Part shown: one piece after another, positions 36,262 through 49,830 of the stretch | Numbering within the stretch: the stretch's first letter is position 1 | Layout: each line of letters starts with the position of its first letter | Assembly: GCA_030324005.1 (NCBI GenBank) | Contig: JARDVH010000025.1 | Coordinates: 91,994,641 to 92,058,640, forward strand | Length of the DNA: 64,000 bases | Origin: Negaprion brevirostris | Lineage: Eukaryota | Direction of reading: 5' to 3' | Notes under the pieces: generated by a model | What the model saw: only the letters and a program-made list of their open reading frames with translations | Databases searched by the model: none | What the model was told of the DNA's origin: nothing | Program-made: the position numbers and the translations under genes

Positions 36262-39200
36262 CATGGGATGTGGGCTTTGTTGGTTAGGCCAGCATTTATT
36301 GCCCTCCCTAATTGCCCTCAAGAAGGTGGTGCTGAGCTGCCTTCATGACCCACTGCAGTCCATGTGGGGTAAGAACACCCACGGTGCTGGTAGGGAGAGA
36401 GTTCCAGGATTTTGGCCCAGTGACAATGAAGGAACATTGAAATATATTTCCAAGTCAGGATCTTGAGTGGCTAGGGTGGATCTTCCAGGTGGTTGTGTTC
36501 CCATGTATTGACTGTCCTATCCTTCAAGATAATAGTGGTTGTGTGTTTGAGAGATGCAAATTAGTGAGCCCTGGTGAATTTCTGCAGTGCATATTGTAAA
36601 CAATACACAGGGATGCAACTATGCATCAGTGGTGGAGGGAGTGAATGTTTGTGAATAGGATGTCAACCAAGTGTGCTGCTGTGTCCTGGATGGTGTCAAG
36701 GTTCTCAAGTGTGGGTGGAGCTGCACTCATCTAAGCAAGTGGGGAGTATTCATCACACTTCTGGGCCTTGTATATTGTGGGCAGGTTTTGAAGAGTCAGG
36801 AGGTGAGTTACTCAGCACAAGATTCCTAGTCTCTGACTTCCATTTTTATAGCCATTGTATTTATATGGCTAGTCCAGTTCAGTTACTAGTCAATAGGAAT
36901 CTCCGGGATGTTGATAATAGGGGATCCAGCAAAGATAATGCCATTGAATGTCAAGATGTGATGGTTTGATTCATTTTTGTTGGAGATGGTTATTGCCTGA
37001 CACTTATATGGCACGAATGTTACTTGCCACTTGTCAGCCTAAGCCTGTCCAGATCTTTTTGCATTTGGACCTGGACTGCTTCAGTATCTGAGGAGTTACT
37101 AATAGTGCTGAACATTATGCAGTCATCGGCAAACATCCGCCCTTCTGATTCTACGATGGAAGGAAGGCCATTGATGAAGCGGCTGAAGATGGTGGGGCCA
37201 AGGACACTACCCTGATGGACTACTGCATTGAAGAGCTGGAGTTGAAATGACTGACCTCCAACAACTACAACACCTTCCACTGCCCTTTGTCCCAACCAGC
37301 AGAGAAATTTTGCCGATTCCCATTGACTCCAGTTTTGCTAGGTTTCCTTGACGCCATACTTGGTTAAGTGCTGCCTTGATATCAAAGGCAGTCACTCTCA
37401 CCTCACGTCTTTTGCCCATGTTTGAACCAAGGCTGTAATGAGGTCAGGAGCTGAGTGATCCTGGTGGAACCTAAACTGAGCATCAATGAGCAGATTATTG
37501 CTAAGCAGGTGCCACTTAATAGCACTGTTGATGACCCTTTCCACCACTTTACTGATAATCAAAAATAGATTAACGGATGGTATTTGGCTTGGTTGGATTT
37601 GTCCTGTTTCCTATATAAGGACATACCTGGGCAATTATCTACATTGCTGGGTAGATGCCAGTGTTATAGCTGTACTGGAACATCTTGGCTAGGAATGCAT
37701 CAAGTTCTGAAGCACAAATCTTTAGTACTATTACCAGAATATTGTCAGGTCCCATAGCCTTTGCAGTGTCCCGTATCTTCAGCCATTTCTTGATATAATG
37801 TGGAATGAATCAAATTAGTTGAAGACTGACATTTTAAATGCTGGGGATCTCCTGAGGATGCTGAGATGGATCATCCACTTGATATCCTCTGGCTGAAGAT
37901 TATAGTAAATGCTTCAGCCTTATCTTTTGCACACATTTGCTGGGCTCCTCTGTCATTGGGAATGGGGGTATTTGCGGATCCCCCTCCTCCTCCGAGTCAG
38001 TTAATTGTCCACCACCATTCACGGCTGATGTAGCAGGACTGCAGAACTTAGATCTAATCCAGTAGTTGTGGAATCACTTAGCTCCACATATAATTTGCTG
38101 CTTACGCTGTTTAGCAAACAAGGAATCAGTGTTGTGGCTTCACCAGATTGGCATCTCATTTTTAGGTATGCCTGGTGCTGCTCCTGATATGCCCTCCTTC
38201 ATTCTTTATTAAACCAGGGTTGATCCCCTGGCTCAGTGCTAATGGTAGAGTGGAGGATATGCCGGACCAAGAGATTACAGATTGTGACTGAGCACAATTC
38301 TACTGCTGATGATGACCCCCAGGGCCTCATGGATACCAAGTCTTGAATTGCGAGATCTGTTTGAAATCTATCCTATTTAGCATGATAGTGCCACACAGCA
38401 TGCTGGAGGGTATCCTCAATGTGAAGACAGGTCTTTGTCTGCACAGCGACTGTGTGCTGGTCACTGATACTGCCATGGACAGATGCATCTGTGGCAGGCA
38501 GATTGGTGAGGGTGAAGTCAAGTTTTTCCCTTTTGATTGTTCCATCATCATCTGCTATAGACCCAGTCTCGCAGCTTTGTCTTTTAATAATCAACTTGCC
38601 TGCTCTGTGGTGTTATTAGCGAGCCACTCTTGATGATGGACATAGCAGAGTAAATTCTGTGCCCTTGGCATCTTCAGTGCTTCCTCCAAGTGGTGTTCAG
38701 CATGGCAGGCACTGATTCATTAGCTGGAATGGGGGAAGCGGAGGGGGGAATGGAGGGTGCTACATGGTAATCAACAGGAGGTTTCCATGCATGTTTGACC
38801 ATGAGATTTCATAGTGTACAGAGTCAATGTTGAGGATTCCCAGGGCAATTCCCTCCTGACTATATAAGCACTGCGCCACTTGCCACCATTGCTGGGTCTG
38901 TCTTGCCAGTGGGACAGGACATACAAACGGATAGCAGTGTCTGGGACATAGGGCAGGCTTTTATGGCCTCACTCACCCCAAAACTGTAAAATCCTGCCTG
39001 AGATCAATGGACATTCCTATGCCCCTCACCCACTCCAATTCCCATGGCAGGCATAACATAAAATTCTGGCTATTGTCTGTGAGGAATGAGTCTGTGAGTA
39101 TGAGTATGTCAGGCGGTTACTTGACTAGTCTGTGAGTCAGCTCTCCTAATTTTGGCACAAACACCCAGATGTTAGCATGGAGGACTTCACAGGATTGACA

Positions 39201-39340
39201 GGGCTGGGTTTGCAGCTGTTGATTCTGGTGCTGGGATTGATGCTGGGTGGTCCAACTGGTTTCATTCCTTTGAGACTTTTTAGTAGTTTTGATACAGCTG
39301 AGTGGCTTGCCATGTTAGAGGGCATTTAACAGCCTACCAT
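36262..39340 (-). mobile_element. CR1-clade LINE, ~3 kb, decayed (endonuclease, RT and 3' end)
   Basis: RT motifs REVRVTAFDIKAA..VW and VHQGSVLGPTIFSRFINGLPSIVESEGRMFADDCIMFSTI at 37020-37419. Multiple stops and frameshifts. Confidence 0.92.
38950..39070. mobile_element. Harbinger-type MITE nested in the CR1
   Basis: Termini gggcaggcttttatg and cataaaattctggc. Confidence 0.65.
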
Positions 39341-40256
39341 GTTGCCATGTCAGGTGGAATTAAGTCACAGTCCTTTTTCTGCCAATTCTCCAAAAGTTAG
39401 GCCACACTGGGGGGCATTAAACTGAGGGACATCAGCCCCTTTATCTCACAGAATGAAAAGTTTGTAACCTCTGTAGTAAGTCTTGTGAAATCTTGTGTGT
39501 TTTCTCTCTCCCAATGTATTGTGACCCACTGAATTTCTGGATTTGGTAGCTATTAGGAAAAGCGTACCAGTGCTACTGAGTGCTTCTCTGTTTCTATTGA
39601 CTGAATAAGGAAATTTTTGTTAACTTTCAGAGATAAATACAGTTCACCAAAGCTTCACGTTGATGTCCAGCTTTCAACATAGGAATTTTAAAATCACCTA
39701 AAACAGGTGAGGGATCGATAGAAAGCCTGTATTTCTGAAATTAGCTCCTGAACGACTTATTAGTTTATGCAGAAAAGGATTCAAGAATTAAGGCCAACGG
39801 TTCGAGACATCAAAATTTAATTCCAATCATGTCATGATTTCTGATTTCTTCCTCACATCAAATGAATGAGTTTAATCAAATCTATCCTGTGCTTCAAATT
39901 AGACAGCCACCCAATAGAGTATTATTTCACCTCCAGGGACAAATAATAACTTAACACTTGTTGTCTCTTCCTTTCTCTTTATTTGAACAACACCTGTATT
40001 GAATATGGCATTGATCGTGGATATGGAGAAGGCTGGTGTCAGGAACATACCTCCATCTTTGTCTATTTTTTCCACTTTCCCCTCCTCTGATGAAGATGTA
40101 TATATGCCTGACTTATAAATCAATGGGTTCGGATTATGTGTTATTGCGCAGCTAGCCGTTAAACCTTGACAATTAAGGGTTGCCCCTTGGTAACATCAAG
40201 GGCCTGCCCAAGTGGGACTCATCGCCTGAGCCCTTTATAAGGCAGGAAAGGGTCTA

Positions 40257-40587
40257 CAGAACGATCATTGAATCATCGAATCCCTACAGTGCAGAAGGAG
40301 GCAATTTGCCCATTCAGTCTGCACCAACCACTATATCACCCATCTTTGATCCCTGTAGCCCACTTATTTACCCTGCTAGTCTCCCAATACTAAGGGGCAA
40401 TTTATCATGGCCAATTCACCTAACCCGCATATCTTTTGCACTGTGGGAAGAAACTGGAGCAACAGGAGGAAACCACACAGACACATGGAGAATGTGCAAA
40501 CTCCACACAGACAGTGACCCAAGCCTGGAATTGAACCTGGGTCCTTGGCACTGCAATGCAGCAGTGCTAACCACTGTGCCACCATGC
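40257..40587 (-). mobile_element. HE1/V-SINE
   Basis: Minus strand: gcatggtggcacagtggttagcactgctgc, ggttcaattcc, V-domain and tail. Confidence 0.88.
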
Positions 40588-41889
40588 TGATGTTGGAACT
40601 TATGTACGTAGGTCATGAAGTAGTGACTTTACTTTATGTTTAACAATAAGTCCTGTCCCTTTCCAGTCAGGCTTCCTGAGTTATTACACAGAGATTGCCT
40701 TTCCAATTTAAAATATCACAATCTCATTTTATTGCTCAAGGCCCAAGAAATATGCAAGTGCTCCTTCAATCTCTATAAGGATGCCTGCCCCAGGCTTCCT
40801 TTTTTTCTCCCTGGTTCAATAACTTCTTGATTTTTACGGCTGTGTAGGCACTTACTCACCACCCTCCCAGCAGTTGTGCTCACGAGGTCCACAAGCAGTA
40901 TACTAATGAGGCCCGGCCATTAAAACCTAGCCAGTAAAACCTAATGCCTACTTTGCCACTTTCTGGCCCTTGAGCTGAAATTGAATCTAAAAGCTTCTTA
41001 AGGGTAAGTCTATGGGCTGCCTTTAATATAAAAGTTGAGAGTTTCAGAGCAGGAGACAGCATAACCAGTTCTGCTCAAAGTTCATAAAACAAAGTCACCA
41101 GAAGTTGGAAGCCAGAGTGGAGGCTAAATTCATGCTATCCATATGTGGAAATTTATTTCCCCTGATTAGTACAAATAGGGGCACAATAAAGCCACCCTGT
41201 CAATCAGGAATAGTCTCCCTGTTGAAGAAGACTTGCATTAATGATCCAAATACAAAATACATATTCTTTGGTCAAGTTCCAACCTCATCATTTCCTGAAC
41301 CCATAGGAAATGGACAAATTAGTAAGCCAGCAGCCTGGTCTGTTTGCAGCGTGATTCTTTTTGTGAAGAACATTAAAAACATGTGTTTGTCTTGGAATTT
41401 TGTTGTAAATGCTGGCTGCTTTACGTTATTTTCACGTGCAGGTTGCCCTTTTTGCATCATCGCAGCCTATCCTACAGTATTGATGATTGCAGTGATTAGC
41501 AGCCAATGTCCATCTGATAATTAATGAGAAGTGCTGGCTTCTTAATTTTCAATGTGGCTATGTCCTTCCCACTGTTGTCCCATCCATAAAATTAGCAAGA
41601 AAATTTCAGGGCTCAGCATCATGAAAATCATATAAAATTGCAGCTATCTGCCATGATTTAAAACACAAAGGGTAGTGCAAGATAAAATTGTGGGCAATTT
41701 TTTCCCCCTTTTTATATTTATCACAGGTTAGTGAGGAGTGAATGTTTCTGAAATAGTGGAGTCGACCTTGACCCTTTCAAAATCCATTCACTAATGCAGA
41801 GTTACAAGCGTGCAACGTTCCAGGAAACAAAACACTTGAAGAAATAAAATGTGCTTACATTTGTTTTCAAGAGACACAGTGCAACTTAC

Positions 41890-42073
41890 CATATTCTGCC
41901 AAAGGACCAGTTGCATGTTTGTGGTGTTTGACCTTCATGGGTTTTGCACGGAAAATAGAGTTTTTCTCCCTAGATGGCTTTACTTCCAGATCTTTTGATT
42001 GTCCTTGGAGCGTTTGTGGAAGTCCCACAAGCACTTGTCCATCTGTTGTAGAATGGGAGCTATCACCTTCAGA
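41890..42073 (-). CDS. Exon of an uncharacterised protein (SEGDSSHSTTDGQVLVGLPQ...HATGPLAEY)
   Basis: Acceptor tctcttctgtcatttctag, donor g|gtaagt. 184 nt open, phase 0-1. Confidence 0.85.
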
Positions 42074-43154
42074 CTAGAAATGACAGAAGAGAAACATTTC
42101 CCATGTTCTTAAAATGGTTTTTATTTCTGTACATAAGATAGATAAAATGGGTTGCATAATGAATATGCACAGCAAATTCATCTTTCATTAATCCGCTTTT
42201 AATGATGCATAAACTCACGGGAACAGTCAGTCATTGATTTTCCCTTAATTCCTGTACTGTTTCACCAAATAGTTTATCAATCACAGAGCTGGACAACCTC
42301 ATGATTTACTGACTGATCGTGGGAGCATAGCTTTTGCAAAAATAAAAGCTCGTCAGTAAATTTGTGAGCACCAGGGAATCTGCACCGCACGACCAAAGTT
42401 GTAAAATACCGTCTGCAGAAAATGATCCATTTAATTTCTTCATTTTCCCCATTTATACAAATAGTCACTATAACTGAATCTGAGATGGGGAGGGAGAACT
42501 GGATGTACAGACTTGGTATACAGCCCAGTTCAGAAAAATAACATTCCTTAAGTTGGGTTTTGCATTGCCTGGAAATTTTCCCTCCTGTGACTTTTTAAAA
42601 AGTTATTTCCCTCAACGTCAAGGAGTTCACAAAGGTTACATGCCTCTTCTCAAAATATAAACATTTCTCACCACTTTCCTGAGAAAATATTGCTATTCTC
42701 AGCTTTTTCTTGTGCTCAGCAGCATGAGGTTCTGTCAGCCCCCTGGAATGGAATGCTTTTCCATTTTAGGCACTGTTTTGTGGCCAAATCTGTTATGTCA
42801 GTCAAGTGCAGACTAAAAAAAAAATCAATGATTTGCATTTATATAGCACCTTAGAAGTAGAAATATGTCCCAAGGTGCTTCGTAGATACATAATCAGAGA
42901 AGAGGAAAGGTTACTTCTTTCTGCCCTAAGTCTTCAACTCATCTCCAAAGAAGACTCTAAATATATCAGTACAAGTTCTATATCTTTCTAACCAGCTATT
43001 CTCATGACTCTTTGGAACTGGGAAAAAAAAATACGTGACATTATTATCCTTAAATTTAACAAAGAGGATATTTTCAGTTCATCTGCCTTGACTGAAATTA
43101 AAGTCATGTTAATGGCTGTTACTTGGGGGCATAACTTTAAAATTCATGGTGGGA

Positions 43155-43400
43155 GATATAGGAGGAATGTCCAAGGTAGATTCTTTACTCAGAGAGTGGT
43201 TGGGGCGTGGAATGCACGGCCTGCTGTGATGGTGGAGTCAGACACCTCAGGAACTTTCAAGCAGTTATTGGATAGGCACATGAAGCACTCCAAAATGATA
43301 GGGAGTGGGATAGCTTGATCTTGGGTTTGGACATAGCACGGCACAACATTGAAGGCCAAAGAGCCTGTACTGTGCTGTACTGTTCTATGTTTCTATGTTC
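43155..43400 (+). mobile_element. CR1 3' end
   Basis: GHNFKIHGGRYRRNVQGRFFTQRVVGAWN followed by a ttctatgt tail. Highly similar to 57600-57875. Confidence 0.9.
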
Positions 43401-44269
43401 TAGAAATGTAAAAAAAGACAATGATAGCATATTGGAGGATGGAAATATACTCAGTGTCATCTCAAAACATGATAGCTTTGCTATAACAAGGAGGAAGTGT
43501 ACAGTGAAACTGCCTCTGTATAGTCTCACAAAATGTATCTGAACACCAGTGTCAAAAGATTGCTCCCCTCCTGTACTAATGTAAGATTTTCCATGTGTCA
43601 CCAACCAATGCATGGCTACTCTGAAAGAAATTGATAAATCCTGCCTATTGTGCTCACATTCATGTTAGGTTGGGTTAACAATTTCATAACTCACTTTAAA
43701 CAGGAAAAGGGGAAATATTAGCTCCGTCAGTCTGAGCTGGGTTCAAACTCTGGCCCACGAGAAAGAATTGCACACCAATCTGACCGTTAGGCAAATTTAC
43801 CATAAACAACAATCAGTTTAATTAGAAGTCGGAGCAGATCGATCGCTGACTGGAGGAAAGCATCATCACTGCAAAGGTAATATTTTGCTTGAAGGTGATT
43901 GCACAAGACTCTTCATTTTATCACTTTAAGGATGAAATTGGTGCCTGAATCTCAAAAGTAGCTGATGGTGAATTGGTGTTCTTCCATATACATTTAAGGC
44001 TACTGTGGAAAATGGGCTGCCAACTTACTGTGAGCCCGTGTCGTCCCAGTGGCGCAGACCAATTCACCCTCAAATCTGAATCTTTATTCAACTGATTCTG
44101 GACTGTTGGTTCTGTGTCAACGTGAACCAAATCATGCTGTGCAGCATTAACATGCAAATGCTTAACTTATCATACGAAATTCCATTGTCTATTATTCTGA
44201 AGCAGTGAGCCCATTTAAGTAGCAAAGGAAGAAATTTCACACAGGCCCATAAAGCATTCAGAGAAATCA

Positions 44270-44370
44270 ACTCTGAGGAAGAGTCACACGGACTCAAAAT
44301 GTTAACTTCACAGATGCTGCCAGACCTGATGAGTTTATCCAACATTTATTTCAGATTTCCAGCATCCTCA
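44270..44370 (+). mobile_element. Short Penelope-associated repeat (family 2) with hammerhead motif
   Basis: CTGAGGA(44273-44279)-a-gagtc-acacg-gactc-AAAA-tg-tt-aac, then cacagatgctgccagacctg. Confidence 0.65.
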
Positions 44371-45104
44371 ATATTTTAATTTTCCTTAAACATTCAGAGA
44401 ATTTCAGTCCATTGGTCTCCTAGGGTTGGCAGAAAACAGAAGAGGGGGTTTGTAAGGGACATGAGAAATAAAGGGATTTTTCAGAGGGATTGCTGATATT
44501 TTAATTATAACAATCCACTCCATGAAGGTAATGAGTCAATGCCAAGCAATAATTAATAATCAAAATGAACGTGCCTCAGAATAAAGAGAGTAATTAATGA
44601 ACACATTAAGTTTGGGAGATTGGTCCATTCTATACTGTTGAAATCAGTTGTAATGTAAAAGGGGCTGGTAATTCACCTCTAGCCTATTTCACACAATGCT
44701 GTTGCTTTCAGCCCTCAGGATTCCAACACACAGCACTTTCTGTTCCACAAATTACAATTTTGGTATGATAATAGCAAGAGAATCATCGTGCGATTGCCAT
44801 TTTGCAAACTGAGCCACTGGTGGTCAACAACCAGTTTACCTGCTGGGGAGAGGCCAACAATCCAGAATCACTTGATCCACCATGAGAAACGTGCTGTAGC
44901 TCAAACTGAAGAAACAAAAACTCAGATCAACAGTCATTCAGCAAAATTACAAGGCAAAGATTTTGGGCATGGAACAGAACAAGTTTTAAAAACCGAAACA
45001 GAAAATACAAATGGCTGCATTAGTTCAAAATAAGCACAAGTACTTTGCTGCTTAACAGTGAACGTCATTGATATACTTTGGCTTTTACTTAAAAGGAAGA
45101 ACTA

Positions 45105-45234
45105 AGGGTGGAATTCTCTGGCCGCGCTGGTCTAAAAGCTGGAAATTCCCACCCGACCGTCAATGATGTTTCACTTTCTCCGCAACCTCCCCGCCAAAAT
45201 TCCAGTGGCGGTCGTGATGGAAGAAGTCCAGCCT
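45105..45234. mobile_element. Harbinger-type MITE
   Basis: Termini agggtggaattctc and gaagaagtccagcct. Confidence 0.65.
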
Positions 45235-45369
45235 GAATGTCCAATATTACCCCGATAAAGTCTTCAGCAATGTTCTCTCCCTCTGTTGAACATATTGGAA
45301 TCTTGAGCCCAGACTCTCCGTGTACGAGAATGGCGACATGCATTCAAAATCCAGAGAGTTTAGAAAAAG

Positions 45370-48205
45370 GGGATTCTTGCTGGTGAGGTCACATTTTGTA
45401 ATTTTGGACCAGGCCAGCTGGCAGAGTGATGAGGAACACACCATAGAACAATCAGGAACCTCTTTTCAATACATTTTCAAGCACTCACTCTGGATATGGA
45501 GCCTGCACCGAATATTCAGGAGGAATTGGTGTGACATCACACCAGCGCAATTTACAACAGCTCTACATAAGTGGGAATCTGGCAACTTCATCTCCGAGGG
45601 GGATATTGGAGTTGGGTGCTCAGCCCGTCCAATACTTAAAGGACACCAGAGAGGTGCAGCTCAGAGTCAGGGGTGGGGTTCACTTCCGCCATATAAGTAA
45701 AGAGGGGAATGGGTGGGACAGATGTCATGAGGAAATGGAGGCTCAATGCTATTCGCCACAGTGGTTTACAGGGGAAGTAATGTGGCTGTTGTGTCAGACG
45801 GGATGTCAGGAGGGACAGCAGTGAATGGGAAGTATGTGGGTGAAAGTTACAGAGACATGGAGGGATGAGGGTTAGGGTTCTGATAGGACTCCTTATAGCT
45901 CATTCTGGTGTTCTTAATCTTTCAGTGCATGACTCAGGAGAATCATGGAGCCTTTGGAGTTGACCTTTCTGCTAATCGCAATTGACCAGCAAGAGAAACA
46001 CAAGCTTGTTGCTGCATATGCCCAGGACCAGAGGCCTGCAGCCGTCCAGGGAGTACCATGCAGGTGTGTGCCCATTTCCTGGGGAGTGCCGATGATAATT
46101 ATATCTTGGATCACTCACAAAAGCTAGTCGTCTTTGACAGAGAGCAGTGGCTGGAGAGATGGCTCCTTGAGGACAAGCTGTACTCATTCAGGAAGTGGTG
46201 GGGTAGTGGTATTGTCACTGGACAAGTAATGCAGAGACCCAGCATAATGCTCTGGGAACCNNNNNNNNNNNNNNNNNNNNNNNNNNNNNNNNNNNNNNNN
46301 NNNNNNNNNNNNNNNNNNNNNNNNNNNNNNNNNNNNNNNNNNNNNNNNNNNNNNNNNNNNCACATGGATGAGGAGGATGTTGAGGAGGGAGGTGGGCATG
46401 ATGAGCTGAGGAGAAAGAAGGCAGGTCAATGTACAGGTCCACAATGGGCTATCAAACGAGGGAGGTCCTCATAAGAGCGGGAGTAACCCCCTTGTTAAGT
46501 CCTTGCCCTATGGGTAAAAGAAAGAATGTGGTGCCAGCATCACCAAACCATAACGTTGCAGGTCGCCATGGATGGGGAGGCGGGACTGAAGCCATTGGCC
46601 GGACTCTGTGGGAGAATGATGATGACTTGCTGTGAGGACAGAGCGATGCTCCTCTCATCTTCTGTGATATGTCTGACTCCTGGCTAACAGAGAGCTGAAT
46701 GTACCCTGCCAATGAACGGGTACATGGGGGGCATCGTAATTGGTTTAAGATGAGCATCAGGTATCACTGGCCCCTTTGAGGTAAGTGCTCAACTGTTAAG
46801 TTTCAGTTTTCAGCTGAGGTGAACAGGCTGTCAGCGTTTCGACAGCCCTTCAGCCTCTGGCTCACAGGTGTAATGCTGCACTTTTGAAATGCTCTAAACT
46901 TGATGGTGGGAGTGGAGGCGGTGGAAGGGATGTCCTTTCCAATGAATGGGGATGTGGAAAGGGTTTCCACAGTTTGGGGAGGGGTTGCTTATAGCTGAGT
47001 GTCTGTAGTTTCTTCAGTGTGGAAGAGACATAGCACAGCCATTCTCACACTCACCAGGGATGAAGCACTGTATGTGTGCAGGGGTTCACAGCTTTCAGCA
47101 CCAAATGACATGGTGGAAGCTCTGTGGGTGAACAAAGTGAATATTTATTCTAGAACTATATACAGTGGTGACTGTTCTACACTTGTAACTGCCTTCACCC
47201 ATGCTAACTAGGTGCCAAGAACCTCCTACCCTTCCTTACCCNNNNNNNNNNCTCCGGGGCTGAGGTTGAGGAGACCTACTGACTTCCACACTCTGTTGCC
47301 TGAGATAACCTTGGTGGGCTTCCCCTAGTGGACCTGGACCTTATAGCTCCTAGTATAAGGCAGCACAGGTGTTGCAACACTGCCCTCCTCAGTGTGAGGG
47401 GCTGAAGATGTGTGGCTCAAAGGGAGGGGGAATTGGGATGGAATGAACACCCACGGGGTGTCCGAGCTGTCTACCAAATGATCCTCATCCTTTTGGGTAC
47501 TTGATGGCCCCAGTGTTTCTCCATGTGATGGAGGGCAGCTGGAATGAGGTCCAAAAGCCCCACCATCCTCTTACACAGACGCACACAGAGTCCTGCTAGT
47601 GCTGTACCATGGTTTCCTCCCACATGCTAAAGATATGTGGGTTGAGCGGATTGGCCATGCTAAATTGACCCAAGTGTCAGGGGGATCAGCAGGATAAGTA
47701 TGTGGGGTCAAGGGGNNNNNNNNNNNNNNNNNNNNNNNNNNNNNNNNNNNNNNNNNNNNNNNNNNNNNNNNNNNNNNNNNNNTCTGCACTGTAGGGATTC
47801 TATGATTCTATGCAGTTGACACCCTGTACCATGGAGCTCATACCCTCAGACATGGACTGCACATCCTGTGCCAAGGTCTCCACCATGGACTCCACCCTTG
47901 CAGTGTTGGCCTCGTTGTTCTGTAGTAACAGTACCATCTCTTCGAATAAAAGCGATGGGAGTCCTCCAGTAACTCTGGAATGACCGGACCCAGAGTCACG
48001 TGATCTGCTCAGGGCCCAGCACAGTCCCATCAGCAGGATGCAACTGAGGATCGTGCTGGCCTCTGGCAGGTTTTCCAGTAGGAATCAGCGAAAGGTCTCA
48101 CTGTAAATTCACTCTGGCATGAAAGCCATTTCTGGGTCTCCTGTCATATTCTCCCCTCACACCCAGCATTGAATCTGCCAGCGAGAGCTAGGGAGAATCC
48201 CACCA
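45370..48205. mobile_element. Decayed Harbinger transposon with nested SINEs
   Basis: Plus strand has an acidic transposase-like C-terminus (MDEEDVEE..REVLIRA, 46361-46480). Minus strand has a coiled-coil tail (ARVESMVETLAQDVQSMSEGMSSMVQ, 47815-47950). Terminal gggagaatcccacc. Confidence 0.5.
47575..47812 (+). mobile_element. HE1/V-SINE, partial
   Basis: ggtttcctcccaca..ggattggccatgctaaattgaccc..tctgcactgtagggattctatgattcta. Confidence 0.8.
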
Positions 48206-48571
48206 AGAGTATTTAGTGCTCAAGCAGGAGAGTTTTATTTATGTTATTCAGCTTAACCTTGCAGGTTTCTTCATCGTTAATAAAGGGCCCATTTGCAAAG
48301 AATGCAGGGGGGATCGAGATGGATTTTCTTCAGTAGTCTTGTTGGAAATGATGGGGGATGAGTCAATGACAGGCAATGATGATACCATCATGCCATCACC
48401 TAATCACCCAAACCCAATTTTCCTTCCTCCATCAACCTCAAAGGGGCAGCAATTCTCCACTGTGCGCGCATGAAATGCAAAGTACGGTGAGCCCAGGATC
48501 CCTGTCCATTTCCCATCCACTTGCTGCAGTAAATGTCTCTCTCTGAAACACTCCCAGGAAAGTCGCATGAG

Positions 48572-48881
48572 TTTTTTTTACTCTTTTATTAGTGTCACAA
48601 GTTGGCTTACCCTAACACTACAATGCAGTTACTGTGACAATCCCCAAGTCACCACACTCTGGTGCCTGTTCGGGTTCACTGAGAGAGAATTTAGCACGGC
48701 CAATACATCTAACCAGCGTGTCTTTCAGACTTTAGGAGGAAACCAGGGCACCTGGAGGGAACGCACACAGACATGGAGAGAACATGCAAACTCCGCACAG
48801 ATAGTGAACAAAGCCAAGAATTGAACCTGGGTCCCTGGCGCTGTGAGGCAGCAGTGCCAACCACTCTACCACCATGCTGCC
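48572..48881 (-). mobile_element. V-SINE with an alternative (non-CR1) 3' tail
   Basis: Head gggcagcatggtggtagagtggttggcactgctgcctcacagcgccagggacccaggttcaattc and V-domain, but the tail ends cttgtgacactaataaa. Tail-only copies at ~14620-14665, 55925-56003 and 57225-57320. Confidence 0.85.
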
Positions 48882-49274
48882 CAGCTCTGGAGAGGCAGTG
48901 ACAGAGCCACCATCTCATTGTTCTTCTCCCATCATCTCTGTGCCCTCCCTCTTGTCTTTTCCCACCCACCCAGAAGCCAACTAATACCAATCCCATTTCT
49001 CCATTCTCCGATTTCTTCGTTCCTGTTCACCGTAATGGTTACTTTACCATCCACCCCACCACCCCGTCATGTTTCCTGTCCCGTCCTCCCCTCCTCCCTT
49101 GCTTTGTCAGGTTTCCTGCCAAAATGTTAGCAGCAAAGGTCCTCTGCTTGTGCCCTGTTACAGCAGTGTGATTGGCGTCTACCTCCTGTGCAATAATATG
49201 ATACTGGATTTTTAAATCAGTCAGGATCTGAATCAGAGGTGGGTGAACACACAGTATAATGCTTCAGGATCAGA

Positions 49275-49510
49275 TTAGCTGCTGTGAGTAACCCACCTCC
49301 TGACTTCCCAAATCCCATCCACAATCTATAAGAAACAAGTCTGGAGTGTGATGGAATACTCTCCACTTGCCTGGATGGGTGCAGCTCCAACAACACTCAA
49401 GAAGTTTGACGCCATCCAGGATAAAGCAGCCTGCTTGTTTGGCACCACCTCCAACATTTATTCCTCCACCACGGACGCATACCATCTACAAGATGCATTG
49501 AAGCAACTCG
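49275..49510 (+). mobile_element. CR1-clade LINE fragment
   Basis: MEYSPLAWMGAAPTTLKKFDAIQDKAACLFGT. Confidence 0.85.
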
Positions 49511-49529
49511 CCACCGTGCCACCCCAGCT

Positions 49530-49830
49530 TGTCATCTGGGGATCCAACAATCCTTTAAATGCCCGGCTACATTTCCTGGGGCCGCACTGGTGATAATGCT
49601 GTGGCACCCACTGGGGAAATTGTGCCCAAGCATTGGCAGGCTCCATCTTGCCAGGTGGGAATCTTGCCAACAGCTCTGTATGCGTGCACTATTACCTTTG
49701 CCTGCCACCGTTCTCTTCCAGCTTCCAGGGAAAGTTGGCAGGGTCATGGCGCAGTCAGAGAGATGGGCATAATTCCCACTCTGCTGCCACACATACCACA
49801 AAGAGGAGGATCTCCTACATCTGTTTCCTG
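49530..49830 (-). pseudogene. Decayed Harbinger Myb/SANT gene fragment
   Basis: NAWAQFPQWV..GPRKCSRAFKGLL loosely fits the W..IA..V..R..QC.K.F.DL pattern. Confidence 0.4.

Noticed and set aside
41105-41524. 139-aa plus-strand ORF
   Set aside because: No splice signals or domain similarity; composition looks non-coding.
48820-48881. tRNA-like A/B boxes, also present at other SINE heads
   Set aside because: These are SINE heads fused to V or Deu cores, not tRNA genes.
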